11,938 bases of DNA from a virus. Taxonomy: Duplodnaviria; Heunggongvirae; Uroviricota; Caudoviricetes. Below, piece by piece: positions 6,505 to 11,938 of the stretch (positions are counted from its first letter, which is position 1; the number at the start of each line of letters is the position of its first letter). Both the position numbers and the translations under genes were made by a program. The stretch lies in IMG/VR virus record IMGVR_UViG_2695420382_000004. One strand, written 5' to 3'. Below the pieces are notes generated by a model, which was not told the origin of the DNA, ran no database searches, and saw only the letters and a list, made by a program, of their open reading frames with translations.

Positions 6505-9222
6505 CCACCGCTCCCTGATAACATACCGCCATCACGCAACTGCAGCCGGAGTTCATCCTGTGCCCCCTTGCGGGCCATCTCATACACCGCTTTCATCAGC
6601 TGCGGCCCTGCCCGCCCGTTGGGGCCGTCGTTCTGAATCACCACGTGATTGTTCTGATTAAAATTAATGCCTTCAGCCCGCCGCATCTGCGCCGGACTTC
6701 CGGCACCGCCCACATAACCACCTTCCGCNNNNNNNNNNNNNNNNNNNNNNNNNNNNNNNNNNNNNNNNNNNNNNNNNGTTCTGAATCACCACGTGATTGT
6801 TCTGATTAAAATTAATGCCTTCCGCCCGCCGCATCTGCGCCGGACTTCCGGCACCGCCGACATAACCACCTTCCGCATAGCCCCGCATCAGGCGGTACAG
6901 ATTGCCGACACCAATCCGGCTGGTCGCCTCCTTCGTGAAGACAAACTCCCCGCGATGAACAATCCCCGCAGGTTCATATTTACCCCCCGTCCCCGTAAAT
7001 CCCCCGGTCGCGAAATGGAAGTTCGCCGCCGCAGCCTGAATGGCCGTCCCCGTGGAGGCAGACGCACCACCACCGAAAGCACCGCCAATGGCGCTGCCGA
7101 TACTCCCGACTATCCCCACCATCGCCTGCTTCAGAAAAATCTCTGTCAGCATGGACAGCACAGAACGGGTGAAACCACGCCAGTTCTGTTCGCTGCCGAT
7201 CAGCATCGCTGCCATATTCTGTGCAATACCGTCAAAGGTCTGCGTGGCCGCGTTTTTAACCTGCGAAAAACTGTCCGTCGCACTTTCCGCCCACTCGCCC
7301 CAGCCGGACTTCATCCCGGCCATCCAGCTTCCACGAAGCTGCTCCTCCGCAGACCAGGTGTTCTTCAGTGCAGATGTGGCCTTCGCCAGCGCAGCCGGAT
7401 TATCACCGTACACCTCACGAAGGCGCTGCTCTTCCGACTCCCGCTGCGCCTGACGGTCGGTGAGTCCGCGGGCTTTTGCGCTGATTGCCGCCTGCTTCGC
7501 GCTCTGCTGCTGTTCAAACCGCGCCGCCTGCTGTGCCAGCTCATTCAGCCGTTTCTGGTGTTCAATCTTGTCGCCCAGCTCAGCCAGCTGGCGTTTGTAC
7601 TCCAGCGTTTCTTTCTCATGGGCCAGCAGGGATTTTTCCTGCTCAGATAACTGCCGTTTCGTGGCGGCCTCTTTCAGGACCACATACTGATTTTCCGCTT
7701 TCCATAAATCACGGCGCTGCTGGCTGATTTTTTCATTCGCACCGCTGTGCTTCTCCAGCGTCCTGAGCTCAGTTTCAAGCGCCAGCAGGGCTGCATGCGC
7801 CTGGTCTTCCTGGCGCTCACCGGCAGACACCTTCACACCGGACGGCTTTTTCTGCGTCGACTCATAATCCTTTTTTGCCGACGCCATCAGCGTGTTGTAA
7901 TCCGCCTGCAGGATTTTCCCGTCTTTCAGGGCCTTATTCAGCTCTTCCTGCCGGGCGGTATATTTCTCCAGTGGCGTCAGCAGGCGCTCATACGCCTTCT
8001 GCGCCTCTCCGGTATACTTCAGCTGTGACGACTCACGCTCAGCCCTGTCCCTTGCCGCCAGTTCACCGGCTTTTTCCATATCCGACTGCAGCGTTGCCGC
8101 TGCCAGACCCAGACGGGCATTTTCCCGGTCATCCCATGCGCCCTGAAGGTTGGCCCGGAAAGAGGAGGTTTTACCGCGGCGCTGGCTCCGACTCTGGTAC
8201 CACTGCCATTTTTTATCCGCCTCATCAAATGCCTTCTGCGCACTGGCGAGCATATCCGCTGAGGATTCCGGACGACCGATATCCAGAATGGCATCCCACA
8301 TCGATTTGAATGCCTTCCCTGTTTTATCCGCCCAGGTCTCCAGTGTTCCCATGTTTTCTTTCAGGCGACGGGTCTGCTCATCAAAGCCTTTCGTGGCGAT
8401 ATCGTTCGCCGCCTGCAATGCCCCGGCCTCGTCTCCGGAACGCTGCAGCTGTGCAACATACGCAATCTGCTCTGCCGTCACGTTACGGAACTGGCGCGCC
8501 ATCGCCATCAGTCCCGACGTCGGGTCAGTGGTCAGCTTCCCGAAGGCTTCAGCGACTTTATCCACCTCCACACCGGATGCAGACGCAAAACGCGCGACAC
8601 TCTGGTTGATGGCATCAAACTGTTCACCACCACGCACACCGGCATTCACCAGGGCTGCCAGTGACTCTCTCGCCTGGTTAAACGTCAGCCCTGCTGCCTG
8701 CCCGGCTCTTGAGAGAGTCAGCATACGATCGGCAGTCAGTCCGGACTGATTACCGGAAAGAACCAGGGTTTTATTAAACGCTGAAAGCGTGGAATCTCCC
8801 TGGTACCAGGCGTACACCAGTGCACCTGTCGCCACCGCCAGCGAGGTGACCCCGACCATCGGCAGGGTGATCGCATCGGCAAGCCCCCTGAACATGGGGA
8901 TCATCCCGCCGAAGGAGTCCTTCACCTGACCGCCCTGTTGCAGCAGGATCAGCCAGGGATTCTGACCACCGGCAAGCTGCGTGGCGATATCCGTAAACTG
9001 TGCGGGCAGGGTTCGCATGGCCGCTTTATACTGCCCGACGGAAATCCCGGCTTTTTGTGCAGCCAGCGCCTGGCGGCTCAGGCCCTGTTCAACAGCACTG
9101 GCGGTTTTTCTGGCGTCGGTATCCAGACCTGAAAAATGACGCCTTACCCGGCTCATCTGCTCATCGAAACGGACAGCATCCAGACTCAGGTCAATAACAA
9201 GATCACCAACCGGCTGGGACAT
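6501..9222 (-). CDS. H: Tail tape measure protein H, interrupted by an N-run and a duplicated 99-bp flank; about 857 aa once the duplication is collapsed
   Basis: Starts MSQPVGDLVIDLSLDAVRFDEQMSRVRRHFSG..., colinear with lambda gpH (853 aa) throughout as recalled. The 70-aa ORF 6501..6713 is its C-terminus (…DGPNG…MLSGSGG*). Arithmetic: 2722 nt minus 49 N minus 99 repeated nt = 2574 = 3 x 858, in frame. Confidence 0.9.
6630..6876. repeat. 99-bp direct repeat (6630..6728 and 6778..6876, 2 mismatches) flanking the N-run; a third copy lies at 4716..4814
   Basis: Read directly: gttctgaatcaccacgtgattgttctgattaaaattaatgccttc[a/c]gcccgccgcatctgcgccggacttccggcaccgcc[c/g]acataaccaccttccgc. The pre-gap copy is identical to 4716..4814; the post-gap copy differs at 2 positions. 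Confidence 0.9.
6729..6777. other. Assembly gap (49 N) inside the H coding sequence
   Basis: Run of n characters; the ORF-track translation shows X's followed by a frame change. Confidence 0.95.
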
Positions 9223-9667
9223 ATCTCACACCTCCCGGAATCCCCGCTGAAGCCATCATTAATGCGGCATCATCCACCATGACATCCGCCACATCCGCAG
9301 ACGATAAAATATCGCGCCCTCCGTCCCCACCGAACCGGACGCCTCCGGCAAGTCCTGCCGCTTTCTGCATCAGCATTTTGTCCTCATCCGGCCTCTCCAC
9401 CTGCTCTTCCTCATGCCGGGGGACAAGCAGACTGAAATCAGAGGGATGCATATCCGGATCGCAAAAAAACAGGCTGAGTACAGCGTACGTCAGCCCGGAA
9501 AAATGCATATCCAGCTGGGTATCCTGAAAATAATGCGTGCGGTAAAAACGGTGCCAGTCGGCATATTCGGTGGATGTCATCCCGGCAAGCATGGCGCGCC
9601 AGTCGGGTCTCCCCATCTCACGCGCCAGTCTGAGGGCAAAGTTCAGCTCGCCGTCGAAGACTTTCCC
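9203..9667 (-). CDS. T: T-frame portion of the gpG-T tail assembly chaperone fusion, reached by -1 frameshift from G; not an independent gene
   Basis: ORF in the -1 frame relative to G (9643-9203 = 440, 440 mod 3 = 2) running from the slippery site to a stop at 9203; genomic position between G and H as in lambda. The in-frame Met at 9616 is probably not used. Confidence 0.8.
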   Translation of the reverse strand, partial: GKVFDGELNFALRLAREMGRPDWRAMLAGMTSTEYADWHRFYRTHYFQDTQLDMHFSGLTYAVLSLFFCDPDMHPSDFSLLVPRHEEEQVERPDEDKMLMQKAAGLAGGVRFGGDGGRDILSSADVADVMVDDAALMMASAGIPGGVRYVPAGW

Positions 9668-10074
9668 GCAGAAAAATCATCATCAGTCAGCGTGTTATTT
9701 TTCGCCACTTCAGTAATATCAGTATCCGGACGAACAGCTTCGATCATCCCGGACAGGCACAACACCACGTCTTCCGCCCGGGCAATGGCATCGGCAGGCC
9801 AGGTGGTGAGCACTTCCTGCTCTATCTTCATCACGGCCTCATTCATTGACGGTGACTGCGTTTTCTGTGGATGGTTATGCCACAGGGACATCGCCACCAG
9901 AAACGCGCCGGTTCTGACGAGATCTTCCACGCTTACCTGCAGGTTGCCGCTGGATTCTGCCTGTTCTGCACGCCGTTTCAGGAGGGCAAGATGCTCGATA
10001 CGCTGCAGCGCAGACAATTCGGAAAGCGTGACAGACACACCGTTATATTCAAATTGTTCTGTTTTCAGAAACAT
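9643..10074 (-). CDS. G: Tail assembly chaperone G (143 aa)
   Basis: MFLKTEQFEYNGVSVTLSELSALQRIEHLALLKRRAEQAES..., colinear with lambda gpG as recalled; GGAGG Shine-Dalgarno 5-9 nt upstream of the ATG (minus-strand acGGAGGtaatacATG). Confidence 0.93.
   Translation of the reverse strand: MFLKTEQFEYNGVSVTLSELSALQRIEHLALLKRRAEQAESSGNLQVSVEDLVRTGAFLVAMSLWHNHPQKTQSPSMNEAVMKIEQEVLTTWPADAIARAEDVVLCLSGMIEAVRPDTDITEVAKNNTLTDDDFSAGKSSTAS
9661..9667 (-). other. Programmed -1 ribosomal frameshift slippery heptamer G GGA AAG (G frame) / GGG AAA G (T frame)
   Basis: Plus strand 9661..9667 is ctttccc, so minus strand is GGGAAAG. The G frame reads GCG GGA AAG (…SAGK…), 6 codons before the G stop; established lambda G-T mechanism. 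Confidence 0.85.
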
Positions 10075-10087
10075 GTATTACCTCCGT

Positions 10088-10840
10088 TTACCCTGCAGCG
10101 CCCGCTTCAGTAACGGTGACTTCAGCCACTGCGGCGAACTGACCATTTCCGCTCACCACAGGGATCTGCACCTTACCTGTCGCCACGCCGTTTACCGTAA
10201 TTGTCATATCTTTCACACTAATGGTGGCTTTCGACGGATCGGCGGAAACCGCTCTGAACGTCTTGTCGGTTGCACTTTCCGGCTCAAAAGAAACCGTCAG
10301 GGTGGTTGTTTTCCCTTTTGCCACCGTACCGGATGTCGGCGTCACCTTAATCGCACTGACCGGCGTAATTTTGCTGCGTTCTTCCGCTACAGAAGGTTTA
10401 CCCACGTTAGTGACTTTCACCGTGCGGGTGATCACTTCTTTCGCCGTCACGGCCTTACCGATACTGCTGACCCAGCCACGAAACACATCCACCGTGCCAT
10501 TCGGAAAACGGATTTTATAGGCCCGGACATCGCCGCTTTCAAACCAGCCTATAAGCCCTTTCTGGCCTTCCTCTCCCGGTTTCCAGGCCAGCGTAAAACT
10601 GGTATCACCTGCAGATTTCTGCCCCTGCCCGGTCGCGCTCCAGTCCGCGTCTTCATCATCCAGGTAGTTATCATCATAGGATTCAGCCGTCATCTCGCCC
10701 GGCGTCAGATCCTTCACCTTAGCCAGTCGCTGCCAGTCATCGTCTGACAACGGGTTTGCATAAGCATCAGCCTTGCCGTTGTAAACCCACAGAGTGGTAC
10801 CGGCACCTTTTACCGGCTCCAGGGGATTTGGTGTTGCCAT
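10088..10840 (-). CDS. V: Major tail tube protein V (250 aa) with C-terminal Ig-like region
   Basis: [42 protein letters not shown]..., colinear with lambda gpV as recalled; the C-terminal roughly 90 aa are Thr/Val/Ser-rich (…[12 protein letters not shown]…[22 protein letters not shown]…), typical of a Big_2-like domain. Confidence 0.93.
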   Translation of the reverse strand: MATPNPLEPVKGAGTTLWVYNGKADAYANPLSDDDWQRLAKVKDLTPGEMTAESYDDNYLDDEDADWSATGQGQKSAGDTSFTLAWKPGEEGQKGLIGWFESGDVRAYKIRFPNGTVDVFRGWVSSIGKAVTAKEVITRTVKVTNVGKPSVAEERSKITPVSAIKVTPTSGTVAKGKTTTLTVSFEPESATDKTFRAVSADPSKATISVKDMTITVNGVATGKVQIPVVSGNGQFAAVAEVTVTEAGAAG

Positions 10841-10847
10841 ATCGTCC

Positions 10848-11243
10848 TCACATCTCGTATGTAATGGAATAAGTCAGATCCGCAGAGCTCCATAACGCCA
10901 TATCGTCATCACGACGATACTCATAGCCCTGCGTAACCATCGTGGTAATCAGTCCTGCCAGTGCAGGGATCGCAGTCATCGCCGGATAAATCCGGCTTTC
11001 CATCCACTGATCGAGCTCCGAATCAGGTACCTGTGCCGGTAAAAACACCTCAATATGCAGTGTGGCCCGCCAGGTATCTGCATCCAGCTCTTCACCGGTA
11101 TACTCTGCATCCGTCAGATAAACCGCGATCGCAGGAAAATCCTCTTCGTCAAAAACAACGGGGCGACCATCAAACAGCGTCGCCCCGTGTTCATGCTGCT
11201 CGAGTGCATCCAGCACTGCGGCACGAATGTCAGTGTGTTTCAT
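10848..11243 (-). CDS. U: Tail tube terminator protein U (131 aa)
   Basis: [44 protein letters not shown]...LTYSITYEM, same length as lambda gpU and colinear with it as recalled. Confidence 0.93.
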   Translation of the reverse strand: MKHTDIRAAVLDALEQHEHGATLFDGRPVVFDEEDFPAIAVYLTDAEYTGEELDADTWRATLHIEVFLPAQVPDSELDQWMESRIYPAMTAIPALAGLITTMVTQGYEYRRDDDMALWSSADLTYSITYEM

Positions 11244-11815
11244 CGTTTTATCGCAATCCTCAGTTGTTGTTTCAGCGCGTATGCCAGTTCTTTAGGCAGG
11301 CGTTCACGCCGGATACGGTCAACATTCTCATCAAATGCCTGTTTCAGTGGGGCCGCCATCGGGATTTTCACCACCTGAATGGGAAGGCGATTACGCTTTT
11401 TCCTTCCCTTGTCGTCATTGCCCTCCTCATATCTGGCCTGGGGAAGACGTTGCATAACATGCCAGCGCCCATTATTTAATCGCTGGATAAATGCCCGCTG
11501 ATAACGATGCTGACCGGCTTTGAGTATGCTGTTCGGACGACGCCCCAGCATTCTGATCCCCAGCTTAATCACAGGGAGATCACCGCGGTTAACGATAATT
11601 CTGGCATTCGGATTTCTGACCGTCGCCCGTTTCAGTCTGGACCGTTCCTTTACCAGTTTCCGTCTCACCCTGGTTTCCCGGGCAACCTGTGACGAAGACT
11701 GATTAATCGCCGTTGTGGCCACGCGGTTAATGGTCATTGCAGAAGCAGCCGGAATGGCGTTTTTACGAACCCGGCTCAGATTGTCAATCGCCTGATCAAG
11801 CCCTTTTATCGCCAT
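11240..11815 (-). CDS. Z: Tail completion protein Z (191 aa)
   Basis: MAIKGLDQAIDNLSRVRKNAIPAASAMTINRVATTAINQSSSQVARETRVRRKLVKER...RIAIKR, colinear with lambda gpZ as recalled; ATGA overlap with the U start. Confidence 0.92.
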   Translation of the reverse strand: MAIKGLDQAIDNLSRVRKNAIPAASAMTINRVATTAINQSSSQVARETRVRRKLVKERSRLKRATVRNPNARIIVNRGDLPVIKLGIRMLGRRPNSILKAGQHRYQRAFIQRLNNGRWHVMQRLPQARYEEGNDDKGRKKRNRLPIQVVKIPMAAPLKQAFDENVDRIRRERLPKELAYALKQQLRIAIKR

Positions 11816-11829
11816 AATTCACCCTGCGT

Positions 11830-11938
11830 TTATCGTCGCCGGTTAACTGCGGGTGGTTGCCCACGGTTGAGCCAGAGATAACAGCTGCCCCCGTCATCCG
11901 GAGATGTCAGCGCCAGTGATATAAGACGGTAATTCGCC
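11830..11938 (-). CDS. FII: Head-tail joining protein FII, C-terminal 35 codons plus stop; 5' end beyond the window
   Basis: Hand translation of the minus strand gives ANYRLISLALTSPDDGGSCYLWLNRGQPPAVNRRR*, matching the lambda gpFII C-terminus (...SPDDGGSCHLWLGRGVPPAVNRRR) as recalled; 14-nt spacer before the Z ATG. Confidence 0.8.
   Translation of the reverse strand, partial: ANYRLISLALTSPDDGGSCYLWLNRGQPPAVNRRR

Noticed and set aside
6501-6713. 70-aa ORF listed as a separate gene
   Set aside because: It is simply the C-terminus of H read from an internal Met; separated from the H body only by the N-run and repeat artefact.
4587-6876. Possibility that the duplicated block is a CRISPR-like or mobile-element repeat, or a novel accessory or defence cassette
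   Set aside because: The repeat units are kilobase-scale divergent protein-coding genes, not short spacer-separated repeats. No transposase, integrase, terminal inverted repeats or unrecognised ORFs are present; every ORF with coding character is a lambda tail gene homologue.
6793-8749. Several plus-strand ORFs of 76-285 aa inside the H region (6793..7650, 7040..7453, 7875..8309, 8150..8749 and others)
   Set aside because: All lie antisense to the tape-measure gene; their composition is low-complexity Ala/Ser/Pro/Arg-rich, with no independent signals.
9413-10747. 444-aa plus-strand ORF opposite T, G and V
   Set aside because: Same antisense-shadow reasoning; the minus strand carries three well-supported lambda-like genes with proper start sites and a Shine-Dalgarno sequence.

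Overview
This window is a lambda-like (lambdoid) phage or prophage tail-morphogenesis block, a well-described system rather than a novel one. All real genes are on the minus strand, in the order FII (3' end), Z, U, V, G, T (G-T -1 frameshift), H (tape measure), M, L, K, I, J (first 728 codons). Calls rest on recalled similarity to phage lambda gpFII/Z/U/V/G/T/H/M/L/K/I/J; I ran no database search. The unusual part is structural. The M-L-K segment occurs twice as divergent copies (about 80% amino-acid identity in M by eye). The upstream copy ends in a K gene truncated at a single 'n' (4909) and fused to the last 106 codons of a second H copy. The main H gene contains a 49-nt N-run (6729..6777) flanked by a 99-bp direct repeat. 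The most economical reading is a scaffold stitched from three contigs of two or more related lambdoid prophages that break in a conserved H 3' patch; a genuine mosaic or tandem duplication cannot be excluded from sequence alone. The long plus-strand ORFs in the track are antisense shadows of these genes. I see no CRISPR array, tRNA, rRNA, integrase, transposase or defence-like genes.
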